A stretch of 64,000 bases of DNA from Syntrophales bacterium (GTDB lineage Bacteria > Desulfobacterota > Syntrophia > Syntrophales > UBA2210). This document shows, one piece after another, positions 41,075 through 51,446 of the stretch. Under the pieces are notes generated by a model. That model was not told the DNA's origin and searched no databases. It saw nothing but the letters and a program-made list of their open reading frames with translations. Position 1 is the first letter of the stretch; each line of letters starts with the position of its first letter. The translations under genes were made by a program, and so were the position numbers. The stretch spans positions 832,001-896,000 of the forward strand of contig CAXXKT010000001.1 of NCBI GenBank assembly GCA_963662405.2. Direction: 5' to 3'.

Positions 41075-42415
41075 ATGCTTGAACAAAGCGTCGTCCTTAC
41101 AGGAACATACGGTATGATTGATTGGTGGTTTGTCTGGAAAATTTTCAAGGGATTGCTGGCCGTAAGCGCGTTGCTCTTTTCCACTGCCGGTGTGTTTGCC
41201 CTCTGGCGGGTGCGCGGAATTCTGCACTGGCAAGGGTCCCTCCGCGACGAGCTCAAAGGCTTGCAAGAGGCGGCCGACGAGTCGCATGGGGCCCGTCGCC
41301 GGGCACTTGAGGTGGTGGTGGAAAACGGTAACCGGATCTGGCGGTCAAATTCCCTCGATCCCGGGGAAATGCTGCGTCTGAGCGCCTATATCCGTTCGAT
41401 TGCCGCCTGCTATCACCCGGACGCGGCAAGGCCCGAGTTGCGCGTCAGCACCGGGAGTTTTCTAGATGCCGCCGGGGTATTTGCCGATCGTCTGGAGCTG
41501 ATTCTGAAGCGGCCGGGGTTTGAACGGCTGCAAAAGGTGCGTATCCGCCATATCCGTCAGTCCTATGAACGGTATCAGCGGGTGAGCCGATACCGGATTG
41601 TCAAGGGTCTTTACCGATACCGTACCGCATTGCGCAGGGTATCTCGATTGCGCCTGATCATCCTGCCCGACCCCTTTTCCCTGCTCGCCTATTTTTCCAA
41701 TCGCCTGATGATGCTGGTTCTCACCCGTTGTTTATTGCTGGATGTGTATCTGTTCACGGGCAAGATGGCTGTCGACACTTACAGTGAAGCCGCCGGGGAG
41801 GACAGGGTTTTTAATCCGGTCGACGCGGTGGAAAAGGCGCTCGAAGCGCTGGGTGACATCAAACCTTCGGAACCGTATCAACGAGACCCGCGGATTCGGG
41901 AGATACGCAATCGGCTGGTGGGGATCAATAACTTTCTCTTTTCCACCTCCGGGTTTCGGGACTGGAAAGCAGCCGTGCGGGAGAGCGCCGAGGTGATTGC
42001 CGCTCACTATTTCCCGGCTGCCGAGCGCCCGCTGGAGGAGGCCGCCATGGGCCCCCTCCTGTATTGCTGTCAGGACTGGATCAGGACGATTTCCGAAACC
42101 AGAAAAATTCCCATCGTGAAACAGCTCCATCGGGTACGGCTGGAATCACTGTATAATATAAAATCCATCACCGAATTCGCGCTTTCGAGCCAGGCGCTCG
42201 TGTTCGCCAAAAGGACCCTGGATGTGTATCGCTGGATGAAATGGCCGCTCAGGATTTACCGCTGGGTGAAAAGGACGTCGCCGTTGAAAATCGCCATTGA
42301 TACGGGCTGGATACTGACAAGAAAAGGGTTCGTGAATGTCGCGTTACGCTACACCTTTGACACCGCCTGCAGGGAACTGGACGCGGTGTATCGCCAATCC
42401 CGGACAGAGCGATGA
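41075..42415 (+). CDS. Hypothetical protein with N-terminal TM segment
   Basis: Long ORF with coding-like composition; start uncertain (41075 or 41114). Confidence 0.75.
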   Translation: MLEQSVVLTGTYGMIDWWFVWKIFKGLLAVSALLFSTAGVFALWRVRGILHWQGSLRDELKGLQEAADESHGARRRALEVVVENGNRIWRSNSLDPGEMLRLSAYIRSIAACYHPDAARPELRVSTGSFLDAAGVFADRLELILKRPGFERLQKVRIRHIRQSYERYQRVSRYRIVKGLYRYRTALRRVSRLRLIILPDPFSLLAYFSNRLMMLVLTRCLLLDVYLFTGKMAVDTYSEAAGEDRVFNPVDAVEKALEALGDIKPSEPYQRDPRIREIRNRLVGINNFLFSTSGFRDWKAAVRESAEVIAAHYFPAAERPLEEAAMGPLLYCCQDWIRTISETRKIPIVKQLHRVRLESLYNIKSITEFALSSQALVFAKRTLDVYRWMKWPLRIYRWVKRTSPLKIAIDTGWILTRKGFVNVALRYTFDTACRELDAVYRQSRTER

Positions 42416-42581
42416 TTCCGTCACGTCTGTAACCGGTTGAACTCCCCTTCCATACAGCAATGTCATGCGGGTCAATACGAATTTTGCATTGCGCCCTCAT
42501 TGTGGTAAAATTCAGCATAATCTATTCGAAAAGCGGAGGGCATCGGGGGAGGATCGTGTAACTTCTTCAAGGAGGTTTGCC

Positions 42582-43094
42582 ATGACTGAAAAACAAGGAG
42601 ATGGAGAGGAGCAGAAAGAGGTCGGCCTGTACGAGAAATTGGCTTTACGGTCGAAGGAGCTTATTGAGGAAGCGCGAGAGAAAACAGCCGGGACGGCAGA
42701 GGCGGCCATTGAGAAGGCAAAGGCGGAGATGGTTGCTGCGGGTGAGTTCGGGAGTGAGCAGGGAGAGCGGTTCAAGAATTTTCTGATACGTGATCTCCAG
42801 ATCGCCAGGGATGCCGCTTTGAAAATGGGAGAAACGGCCCGGGAGATGATCGAGCCCCATCGGGTAACGGCAGGTATGCAGAGCTCACTGGCCAGGATTC
42901 TGGACATCGTCGGCAGCACGTTGGAGGAGTGGGGAAGCAAGCTTGAATCGGGGCTGGATTACAAAACGGGGGAGATAACAACCCCGGGAACCCTGACGTG
43001 CAAGGAATGCGGAAACAGCATAAAGATGAGCAATACCGGACGTATCCCGCCCTGCCATAAATGCAAGGGAACAAAATTCAGAAAATCGTACTAG
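42582..43094 (+). CDS. Zinc-ribbon protein, DUF1451-like
   Basis: YKTGE...GTLTCKECG...IPPCHKC; AAGGAGG RBS. Confidence 0.85.
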   Translation: MTEKQGDGEEQKEVGLYEKLALRSKELIEEAREKTAGTAEAAIEKAKAEMVAAGEFGSEQGERFKNFLIRDLQIARDAALKMGETAREMIEPHRVTAGMQSSLARILDIVGSTLEEWGSKLESGLDYKTGEITTPGTLTCKECGNSIKMSNTGRIPPCHKCKGTKFRKSY

Positions 43095-43203
43095 CGTACC
43101 GCGTCTGACACGGTGCTGCCTGTTGTGTGCGGTGGTGCGATAGGCGATGTTTCATGCCCCCCTCCCTTTCTTTGTTCCGGGAATTTCCGGTCCACCAGTG
43201 GGC

Positions 43204-44325
43204 TCATCTTCTTTTCCTCTTGAAGGCGAACATGGTATTCAGGAGGTCTCCCACCGCCCCGCATTCCAGGCCAAAGGGGAGATATCCCGCGTAGCCGAGG
43301 AGGGGCATCTCGAAGATCCGGAAGCGGTGGACGAAAGGGATACTGTATTCCCACTGTGGAATACTGTGGTAGTTCCACATCTCCCAGAAGAGGCCGCAGA
43401 TGAGGGCGGCGAAGGCCAGTGAGGCCGCACGGGACCAGTCTCCCCGCGCGAGGGGGGAGAAGATCTGCTCTCTCCTGGCGAGGGCCTGGAGGGTGACGAG
43501 GCACAGGAGGGGTGAGACCCAGATGAACGGGAAGAGGATGTCGGGGAAGAGTCCCAGGGCAAACAGGGAGGCCGCGACGAGGATCAGGACCGCTCCGGCC
43601 GTTGTCCGGGGTTGTGCCGGCCGGACGGGGGCAAAATTCCCGTACGCCTGTCTGATGAAAGGGAACGATCCGATCAGTTCCGCCGTGCTGAGGACGGCGG
43701 GGAGGACGGTGGAGAAGCAGGCCGTGGCGAACAAGACGTACTGCCAGGGGCCGAAGGAATCGATCCCGACGTAGTGCCAGTTGAGGACAAATCGGTTCAG
43801 GTATTCGAAGAACCACCAGAAGAGGGCGCTCGCGGGGAAGAGGGCCAGGAAGGAGACTGGCCGCTTCCGGACCAGGCAGCTTCCGGTCCTCCGGTATGTG
43901 AGGGCGTTGACGACGACGGCGTAACCGATCCAGAGGAAGGGGAAGGTATAGGGCTGACATGCCGCGAACCAGGGAAAGCGGTTCCACGCCAGTATCCAGG
44001 CCCCGGCGCAGAGTAGGGCGCCCGCGTATCCCCACAATGGAAATTTTCGGTAGCTTTTCTTTTCCCGCTCCCGGCCGGTGCTGATTGTTCGAATGGCACG
44101 CCGGATGAAGGGCAGGAGAGAGACGAGGATCAGGACCCCCAGGCCGATGAATACGCCCCATGAAAAGGGCGCGTGTTCCACGCCGCCCAGGCGGGGCGGA
44201 AAGGCCAGGTAGTACGCGAGGGGTTCGTCCCGCCAGATCATCGCCCCGACGATGGGCAGGACGACGATGATCCCGGCAAGGGCCAGGAAGATGAAACCGG
44301 ATCGGGACAGCCGGTGTTTTTCCAT
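43204..44325 (-). CDS. Conserved multi-pass membrane protein
   Basis: WWFFEYLN, GLFWEMWN, FEMPLLGYAGYLPF. Confidence 0.8.
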   Translation of the reverse strand: MEKHRLSRSGFIFLALAGIIVVLPIVGAMIWRDEPLAYYLAFPPRLGGVEHAPFSWGVFIGLGVLILVSLLPFIRRAIRTISTGREREKKSYRKFPLWGYAGALLCAGAWILAWNRFPWFAACQPYTFPFLWIGYAVVVNALTYRRTGSCLVRKRPVSFLALFPASALFWWFFEYLNRFVLNWHYVGIDSFGPWQYVLFATACFSTVLPAVLSTAELIGSFPFIRQAYGNFAPVRPAQPRTTAGAVLILVAASLFALGLFPDILFPFIWVSPLLCLVTLQALARREQIFSPLARGDWSRAASLAFAALICGLFWEMWNYHSIPQWEYSIPFVHRFRIFEMPLLGYAGYLPFGLECGAVGDLLNTMFAFKRKRR

Positions 44326-44588
44326 GATGGTTCCCTCCTTCATTTCGCGCGGAAGGGCTTATGGGTACCTCCCCTCTTCCGTTAGCGCCGTTGCGTCCGC
44401 CTGTCAAGGGATATCAAGAGGGTCAAAAGAGAACATCACCAGCCTCTTGCCGATCAATTGAAGAGTGCCCGGATTCTCCCGTAAAATTTTTTTGAGGAAT
44501 GTGGTATATAATCTTGCCGCTTTAAATGATCACAAGGGGCTGGAGCCGGGAGGGACCACCTCCCGGTGGATACGGAAAGGAGATTGCA

Positions 44589-45392
44589 ATGGAAGGTTTT
44601 GGACGTCTGAATGGAAAGGTCGCTATTATTACCGGCGCTGCCAGCGGGATCGGAAAGGCAGCCGCTCTCCTCTTCGCACGGGAGGGCGCAAAACTCGCGC
44701 TGGCCGATGTCAGTGAGGAGGCGCTCAAGGAGGTCGCGCAACTCGTTGTCGACGCGGGGGGCACGGCCGTCATGAAGAAGACGGATGTCTCGAATGAGGA
44801 AGAGGTCAAGGAACTGATCGCCCTCGCCCTCAGCGCCTACGGGGAGGTGCACATCCTCTGCAATAACGCCGGAATCACCGGCGGCCATGAAGGAATTCTC
44901 CCGGAGGACCAGGACGGCGCCAACTGGCAGCGGGTCTTTTCCGTCAATGTCCTGGGGGCCGTGTACGCGATCAAACACATCGCCGCGCATATGAAGGAGC
45001 GGGGAAGCGGCGCCATCGTCAATACGGCCTCGGTCGCGGGAATCCGTGCCGGCGCCGGGACCAACGCCTACAGCGCCAGCAAGGCGGGGGTCATCAGCCT
45101 CACCCAGACGGCGGCCTGCGACCTCGGAAAGTACAATGTCCGTGTCAACGCCGTCTGTCCCGGTCTCATCGAAACGGGGATGACCAAACCGGTCTTCGAT
45201 TACGCCCGTGAGGCGGGGAAAGAAGAGAAGCTGGGGAGCCGCTGTGAGATGCAGCGGTACGGGAAACCGGAGGAGATCGCCGCGGCCATCCTCTTTCTTG
45301 CCAGCGATGACGCGAGCTATATTACCGGGCAGGCGCTCCCGGTGGACGGCGGAAATACCGCGTCGCTCAATCTACCGGGGATGAAATTTTAG
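44589..45392 (+). CDS. SDR family oxidoreductase
   Basis: TGAASGIG, NNAG, YSASK, VDGG. Confidence 0.95.
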   Translation: MEGFGRLNGKVAIITGAASGIGKAAALLFAREGAKLALADVSEEALKEVAQLVVDAGGTAVMKKTDVSNEEEVKELIALALSAYGEVHILCNNAGITGGHEGILPEDQDGANWQRVFSVNVLGAVYAIKHIAAHMKERGSGAIVNTASVAGIRAGAGTNAYSASKAGVISLTQTAACDLGKYNVRVNAVCPGLIETGMTKPVFDYAREAGKEEKLGSRCEMQRYGKPEEIAAAILFLASDDASYITGQALPVDGGNTASLNLPGMKF

Positions 45393-45498
45393 GCATTCAT
45401 GAGGGAGACGGCCCATGAGAATAGGGGCGTGTCCCTCATCGCTCCGGCAATGAGGTTTCCCCATGAAGGACACCGGCCTATACAACAGGGGTACAACA

Positions 45499-46065
45499 AT
45501 GGAACGGTGCGCCTGGGTGACCAGCGATCCGTTGTATATCCGGTACCATGATCGCGAATGGGGGGTGCCGGTCCATGATGACCGAAAACTCTTCGAGTTC
45601 CTCCTCCTTGAAGGGGCCCAGGCCGGCCTTTCCTGGATCACCATATTAAAAAGGAGAGAAGGGTATCGAAAGGCATTTGCCGGGTTTGATCCGGAAAGGG
45701 TGGCAGGATTTACCCAAAAGGAAATCGACCAACGTCTGAAAGATCCGGGTATCATCCGGAACAGGCTCAAGATCAACGCGGCGGTCACCAATGCCCGGGC
45801 ATTCTTGAAGATACAGGCGGAATTCGGATCGTTTGACGCCTATGCCTGGCGGTTTGTCGACGGGAAACAAAAAGTGAACGCCCATGCCCGAGCGGATACA
45901 ATCCCCGCCACGTCGACGGAATCGGATGCCTTTTCAAGAGACCTGAAACAGCGGGGCTTTAAATTTACCGGATCGACGATTATCTACGCCCACATGCAGG
46001 CCACGGGCATGGTCAACGATCATCTGGTCTCCTGCTTCCGGTACCACGAAGTGATGGAGGTCTGA
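45499..46065 (+). CDS. tag: DNA-3-methyladenine glycosylase I
   Basis: RCAW, YHDREWG, LEGAQAGLSW, GMVNDH..SC. Confidence 0.95.
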   Translation: MERCAWVTSDPLYIRYHDREWGVPVHDDRKLFEFLLLEGAQAGLSWITILKRREGYRKAFAGFDPERVAGFTQKEIDQRLKDPGIIRNRLKINAAVTNARAFLKIQAEFGSFDAYAWRFVDGKQKVNAHARADTIPATSTESDAFSRDLKQRGFKFTGSTIIYAHMQATGMVNDHLVSCFRYHEVMEV

Positions 46066-46082
46066 GCCCCTTTTTCGTTGTG

Positions 46083-46104
46083 GCAAAAAGCAAGACCTGA
46101 CCCC
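46083..46104. repeat. REP-like 22-mer
   Basis: GCAAAAAGCAAGACCTGACCCC, the exact reverse complement of 50149-50170. Confidence 0.85.
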
Positions 46105-46297
46105 ATGGATTTCCCCATGGATTTACAGAAATTCTCATTCTCCATTCCCCTAAAAAACTAGGGACATCCATGATTTCCTGATTTATTCGATTTTTCCCAT
46201 ACGTAATGGTTTGGCGTATCGGTGTGTCCGTGTAAAAAAGGTCAGGATCTATTACGATCCTGACCTTTCTGCCTTCAAGTCGTTTATTTCATGATTG

Positions 46298-46936
46298 CTA
46301 TGCAGTGGTGTGTTTTCTCCTCATAGATACAATCGCAGTTCCAGCCACCAGCAGGGCAAAAAGGATCATGCCCCATTCAGAGAGGGTGGGAATGTTAATC
46401 AGATCCTCGATCACTACGTCATCTACCAACCAAAACCAATCCCAGTCTGGTGCAACATAGTGGAATCTGATCAGTACGCTGGCTTGCCCAATGTAGGCGG
46501 AAAGATTAATACTTACCTGATTCGGCCCGACATCAACTCCATCGTAGTGCAGCAGCGTCGTCCAATTGGTCCCCCCATCTAAGCTGATATCCACATATGC
46601 ATCGTCATAATCGCTTAACGATTCAAAATAATTCTGGAAACGCAAAAAGGGATGCGTCGTCCCTACCAGGCTGAAAGCGGGGGTGAGGAGCGAAGCATCC
46701 ATTGCATCGTAATAGTCCGAGTCCGCATCCGCCGCATAGCCGGATCCGTTCGTATAGTTCGTCTGCCCGGTGGTTGCCGTACTCTCCCAATTGTATGTGC
46801 CGCTGTGTATCACACGGGACCAACCTGTGGGCGGGAAACTCCCCTCAAAATCTTCCTGAAGTATCACTGCGGCGGCGGCGGGGTTGAACCAGAAAAGCTG
46901 AAGAATCAAGACAAGCGCAAAAACTTTCGTTTTCAT
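46298..46936 (-). CDS. IPTL-CTERM surface protein with a MAM/cleaved-adhesin-like domain
   Basis: Signal peptide, EDFEGSFPPTGW, LLTPAF, VDDV, IPTLSEWGMILF...RRK. Confidence 0.9.
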   Translation of the reverse strand: MKTKVFALVLILQLFWFNPAAAAVILQEDFEGSFPPTGWSRVIHSGTYNWESTATTGQTNYTNGSGYAADADSDYYDAMDASLLTPAFSLVGTTHPFLRFQNYFESLSDYDDAYVDISLDGGTNWTTLLHYDGVDVGPNQVSINLSAYIGQASVLIRFHYVAPDWDWFWLVDDVVIEDLINIPTLSEWGMILFALLVAGTAIVSMRRKHTTA

Positions 46937-47139
46937 TAGCGTCCCCCCTTTTAAGCGTTGGGATTTATGCTAAAAAACTCGTTATGCTTGCTGCTTTTCC
47001 TAAAGACAATCATTTGATGATTTCGGGCTACTAAAAAACTCCTTTGGGGTCAAGAAAAAACCACAAAAATTCTCCACAGAAACTTTTTGGTTTCATCTGG
47101 TAGTTGCCATATTTGATCGATTAGTCACTCTCCAGCTTT

Positions 47140-47379
47140 GTAGGTGTCGTGAATTGCCAAAGGTATGGTATCCGGTCTCAACCTTTCTATCGATTCAGAT
47201 TGTTCAATGTCGAGACCTGCCCCTGTTTGTCTACTGAGACAGGAGAGCGTTTTGTATGACGCTGTAGCCCTTTTCTGCCATCCTTTCCTCGATATCTTTG
47301 ATATGCTCCTTCCCCTTCGTCTCTAGGATGGAGGATACGTTGATCTCGCCGATGGGCGATCCGCCGGAATAATGATGGT
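47140..47379 (-). repeat. Spacer X plus degenerate copy of the ilvA 3' end
   Basis: Repeats the start of 49844-50139; 47218-47379 aligns to ilvA from 51646 with substitutions and a small deletion. Confidence 0.9.
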
Positions 47380-47569
47380 AAACGCCCATGCCCGCGCGGA
47401 CAAGATCCCCGCAACCACAAAGGAATCGGATGCCTTTTCAAAGGACCTGAAACAGCGGGGCTTTAAATTTACCGGACCGACCATTATCTACGCCCACATG
47501 CAGGCCACATGCATGGTCAACGATCATCTGCTCTCCTGCTTTCGTTACCACGAAGTGATGGAGGGGTAA
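47378..47569 (+). pseudogene. Duplicated 3' end of tag (192 bp)
   Basis: Colinear with 45874-46065; many differences are at third codon positions. Confidence 0.92.
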
Positions 47570-47599
47570 CGTCCGTTCCTCATAGCTGCTTCCTCCTAC

Positions 47600-49024
47600 C
47601 ATGAATTTATATAGAGTGGTGTATAATCGATTAGTCGATGTTCATGGGAAGGCGGGAGGACTCAGTGCTTCCTGGGCGTTAGAGCCCTCATTTCAGTATG
47701 TCCCAAGCCTCTGTGAACCATAATAGGTTGGTTGGATCATTGAATCCTTGTCACGCTGGAGGATTGGTCTGGAGGCTATGGTTCCTGCTTTTCCTTTCAT
47801 TCGTTAGGAGGTGAAGCGATGTCAGGATTAACGGACAGCTTTAATGATTTTGTTGGAATAGATGTTTCCAAAGATAAATTCGACGCCTGCGGAATCACAA
47901 GAGATGCAGCACAGCTCTTCCAGTTTTCCGCGAGCATGGATCGTAAGGGCTTCGATAAGTTGAGGGAACATCTTGCTTCTGTTTCCATTTCGTCCGTTTT
48001 AATCGGGATGGAATCAACAGCATCTTATCATATCAATCTTTTCTCGTACTTGATTTCAGAGGGTTACCGAGTGATCATCATTAATCCTCTGCTGATTTCC
48101 AATTACGTGAAGATGCAGCTCCGGAAAACCAAGACAGATAAGAAGGATGCCGCTGTTATTGCCATGTTTCTTCTTGCACACAGAAATACCCTGAGCCAAC
48201 GATCATATTCTCCTTTGATTTCCGAGCTTCGGGATCTTTCACGTCAGCGGGAGAATCTGGTTGATGAGATGACCGCTCTGAAGATCAACATCAAACGGCT
48301 CCTGAATATCACTTTTCCGGAATTGGAGCATATGACGTTGGTCTTTACGAAGTCTATGCTGAAGCTTCTCCAGCAATACCCATCTGCTGTTGCTCTGAGA
48401 AGTGCGGATCCTATTCAATTGTCCCAGACGCTCATTGCAGATTCCTATGGGCACAAAAGAGAAGCATTTACCGCGGAGTTAATGAAGGCAGCTAGAGCGT
48501 CGGTCGGTACCCACAGTGCTGCGAAGGAAGTCATTCTTAAACAACAGGTGACCTTGCTCCTTCACTTTGAAGAGGACCTGCAAGAGATAACCGGCATATT
48601 AATTGAGATGAGCCGAAATCTGATGGAAGAAGACATAAACATTCTGACTTCCATAAAGGGCATTGGTAACAAAACTGCTGTTAATTTTCTCATTGAGATG
48701 GGGGGCGACATCAATCAGTATGATGATTCCGGGAAGATCATTGCCATGGCGGGCTTAGATCCGGCTGTTTACCAGTCAGGCAAACATGAAGGTAAAGGCA
48801 AGATCACGAAACGAGGGAACCGCCATTTACGGAGAGTCATCTGGATGATGGCAACCAGGGTGATCAACTATAGCGATGTTTTCAAGACTTACTACCTCAA
48901 ACGTAGAAAGGAGGGATTGCCGTATAAGATGGCAGTATTGGCCACCGCTCACAAATTGATCCGTGTCATCTATGCCATGCTGACGCAACGGACAACTTTC
49001 TGCCCACAGATAAATTCATGATAG
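47600..49024 (+). mobile_element. IS110-family insertion sequence (ends approximate)
   Basis: Transposase plus a ~220-nt 5' non-coding region; 11-bp inverted repeat CATGAATTTAT (47600-47610) / ATAAATTCATG (49010-49020). Confidence 0.8.
47819..49021 (+). CDS. IS110 family transposase/recombinase
   Basis: DEDD motifs GIDVSK, GMESTA, KTDKKDA; C-terminal GLDPAVYQSG and KRGNRHLR; AGGAGG RBS. Confidence 0.96.
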   Translation: MSGLTDSFNDFVGIDVSKDKFDACGITRDAAQLFQFSASMDRKGFDKLREHLASVSISSVLIGMESTASYHINLFSYLISEGYRVIIINPLLISNYVKMQLRKTKTDKKDAAVIAMFLLAHRNTLSQRSYSPLISELRDLSRQRENLVDEMTALKINIKRLLNITFPELEHMTLVFTKSMLKLLQQYPSAVALRSADPIQLSQTLIADSYGHKREAFTAELMKAARASVGTHSAAKEVILKQQVTLLLHFEEDLQEITGILIEMSRNLMEEDINILTSIKGIGNKTAVNFLIEMGGDINQYDDSGKIIAMAGLDPAVYQSGKHEGKGKITKRGNRHLRRVIWMMATRVINYSDVFKTYYLKRRKEGLPYKMAVLATAHKLIRVIYAMLTQRTTFCPQINS

Positions 49025-49294
49025 TTGACTGAAAGGGAATGTTTCGTAATTTTCGAGGGAATGCCTTCTACAAACAGTATTCATGCTTGGCTGCTGCAAT
49101 TTTTCCCATGTTTCACCAACTTGGTTTTTGGTCTTTTGTACCACAAAGGACCCAATGGTCGAAGTTCAATTATGCTCGATACCATGGTGGAACTTTCTCT
49201 TTTCATTTTTCACTCATTGCAGTAGGATTACACAAAAGTGCGGGGAATAGCCATCCAATATACTAATTGTTAGAAGGCATAAAAGGGAAACAGC

Positions 49295-49639
49295 ATGGAT
49301 AGATCAGAAGCAAAGAAGAATTACAAGCAGTCCAGTCGCCCCATGGGGGTATATAGAATAAGCAATACGCAAAATGGTAAAGCATACATCGGTTTCAGTC
49401 TGGATTTGCAGGCCAAGATTAATAGGCACAAAGCAGAGCTGAAATTTGGAAGCCATAGAAACTCAGAGTTGCTTAATGAATGGAAAACGTTTGGAGAATC
49501 GTCGTTTGAGTTTGAGGTTTTGGATGAACTTGATCTTGATGAAAAATCAAAGGCAGACCCTATTGAAGAATTGAATATCCTCAAGGATATGTGGATTAGC
49601 AAACTCGAGGAAGCTGGAAATGCGGTCGTTTCCATCTAA
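49295..49639 (+). CDS. GIY-YIG nuclease family protein
   Basis: GVYRI...AYIG...RHK...HRN...FEFEVL. Confidence 0.88.
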   Translation: MDRSEAKKNYKQSSRPMGVYRISNTQNGKAYIGFSLDLQAKINRHKAELKFGSHRNSELLNEWKTFGESSFEFEVLDELDLDEKSKADPIEELNILKDMWISKLEEAGNAVVSI

Positions 49640-49790
49640 CATGCGGCGGATGACCTGCCCCAAGGGGGACAAGTCCATCCGCTGGTTCGGGAGGCGCTAC
49701 GCGCCGACCGAAACAGCTCAGGGCAGCGTCCGCTGAACAAGGCTTTTGCAGCGGAGCACAATAGGCGCCCGCTGAAAAGCGGCATTCTAC
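49634..49790 (+). other. Degenerate attC-like hairpin region
   Basis: ATCTAAC overlaps the stop codon; GCTTTTGCAGCGG...CCGCTGAAAAGC stem with one unpaired base. Confidence 0.5.
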
Positions 49791-49843
49791 TACACTTCCA
49801 ACGGTAATTCTCAGTATTCCCCTTTGATCGAAATCATTTGTTA

Positions 49844-50139
49844 GTAGGTGTCGTGAATTGCCAGAGCTATGGTATCCGGTCTCAACATTTCTATCGATTC
49901 AGGCTGTTAAATGTCGAGACCTGCCCCTCTTTGTCTACTGAGACAGGAGGGAGCTTCGTATGACGCTGTAACCCTTCTCTGCCATCCTTTCTTCGATGTC
50001 TTTGATATGCTCCCTCCCCTTCGTCTCCAAGATGAAGGACGCGTTGATCTCGCCGATGGGCGATCCGCCGGAATGATGATGGTGAAAGACTTCCAGGAGA
50101 TTGGCGCCTGTCTCGTGAAATACATGCAGTACGGCCTCG
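49844..50139 (-). repeat. Spacer X plus near-identical copy of the ilvA 3' end
   Basis: 49922-50139 matches 51646-51863 (218 bp, about 6 mismatches counted by eye). Confidence 0.93.
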
Positions 50140-50148
50140 TGGTATATT

Positions 50149-50170
50149 GGGGTCAGGTCTTGCTTTTTGC
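50149..50170. repeat. REP-like 22-mer
   Basis: GGGGTCAGGTCTTGCTTTTTGC. Confidence 0.85.
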
Positions 50171-50198
50171 TATTTCAATTAAAACGACCCTTAAAATA

Positions 50199-50356
50199 CA
50201 AAGCCCCGCCTCTCATTGTGAGAAACAGGGCTGTATGGCGATCAGATCATAATCCCCTCGGGTACAGAGGTTCAAAGGCACATGATGAGTTCACGATCGC
50301 ATAGAGTACATTAAACCACTAACGCCATGAGGGTATCTTGTCAAGGGACATTACGG
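50199..50356 (-). repeat. Promoter/minigene/terminator element, copy 2
   Basis: CCGTAAT, CTTGACAAGATA, GAGGGGATTATGATCTGATC, AGCCCTGTTTCTC...GAGAGGCGGGGCTTTG. Confidence 0.8.
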
Positions 50357-50610
50357 TGGGATGGTCACGGGGGAGTCGTCGCATCCGTCCAGACCCCTTC
50401 TCTTGAGCACCTGTCCCCCAGATTTCCGGAGATTTATGGAACCAATAATCAATGCAATTCTGTTGACTATTATAAGCTCCGAGTAATAAAAGGAGGTGTG
50501 AATAAGACACTGCCGAAAGACTAACAGATACACACAACGCTCGTTTTGGTCATCTGATTCTCGCGTACTTCGCTTAAAAACTTTGTTAGGCTAATAACAA
50601 GGGGGGGATT

Positions 50611-51444
50611 ATGACAGCGAAGAAAAAAACGTTTCATTGGAGAGGGTGGACCACGTTTGTGGTCACCATATCCTTTATCGTAGACACCCTGTCGGGAATT
50701 ATTCTTTACATTGCTCCTCCGGGAAGAATCGCCAACTGGACCAACTGGAAGATCTGGGGGCTTACAAAAGAACAGTGGGGAGCGGTGCACACCATATTCG
50801 GGTATGTACTGCTATTCATTGTGGCTGCCCATCTGTATTTCAATTGGAGGATCTTTGTCAATTTCCTCTGGAACAAGGCAAAAAAGGTTTTGAATCTGAA
50901 GTGGGAGCTGGCCCTGTCCATCGTGGTCTGCCTCGTTATATTCCTTGGATCTATCTGGAATATCTTCCCTTTCAGCACCATCATGGAAATCGGGGAGCAC
51001 TTCAAACAGGGTTGGGAACAAAGCGAGGCAAAAGCGCCGCTGGCACACGCGGAGCTGCTCACCCTTACTGATTTTGCCGAGAGCATCAAGGTGCCGGTGG
51101 AACAAATAACGGAGGTACTGAAATCCCGAGGGTATACCTTCGCGGGCACTCATCAGACCGTCGGGGACATTGCCGAGGCCAATACTGTTTCTCCCAACAA
51201 GCTCTATGAGGATATTAAGGCCGGTGGGGTTAACCCCGTTGCTCCTCAAAACGTTGAGGGCTCCGGGATGGGGAAGAAAACTCTGATGGAAATTTGCGAA
51301 GAACAGGGTTTGTTCCTGGAAAAGGTCCTTTCACGGTTGAAAGAACAGGGTGTTGAGGCCAAACCCGATGATCGCCTGAAAGACCTGGCCACACAACTCG
51401 GGAAGCAGCCTACGGAGATGCTTACTATCCTTCGCGGAGAATAG
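50611..51444 (+). CDS. DUF4405 domain membrane protein
   Basis: SGIILYIAPPGRIA.W, W..VH, HLYFNW, HAEL. Confidence 0.85.
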   Translation: MTAKKKTFHWRGWTTFVVTISFIVDTLSGIILYIAPPGRIANWTNWKIWGLTKEQWGAVHTIFGYVLLFIVAAHLYFNWRIFVNFLWNKAKKVLNLKWELALSIVVCLVIFLGSIWNIFPFSTIMEIGEHFKQGWEQSEAKAPLAHAELLTLTDFAESIKVPVEQITEVLKSRGYTFAGTHQTVGDIAEANTVSPNKLYEDIKAGGVNPVAPQNVEGSGMGKKTLMEICEEQGLFLEKVLSRLKEQGVEAKPDDRLKDLATQLGKQPTEMLTILRGE

Positions 51445-51446
51445 AG

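Noticed and set aside
45874..47569. tag 3' duplication as a DGR template/variable repeat pair
   Set aside because: Mismatches are not adenine-specific, many are synonymous, and no reverse transcriptase is present in the window.
49025..49266. Short ORFs between the IS110 and the GIY-YIG gene
   Set aside because: No convincing RBS or motif in any frame; probably debris.
46083..50170. A 4-kb transposon bounded by the 22-bp inverted repeats
   Set aside because: No DDE transposase or target-site duplication is evident, and the motif belongs to a dispersed family; treated as REP-like copies instead.
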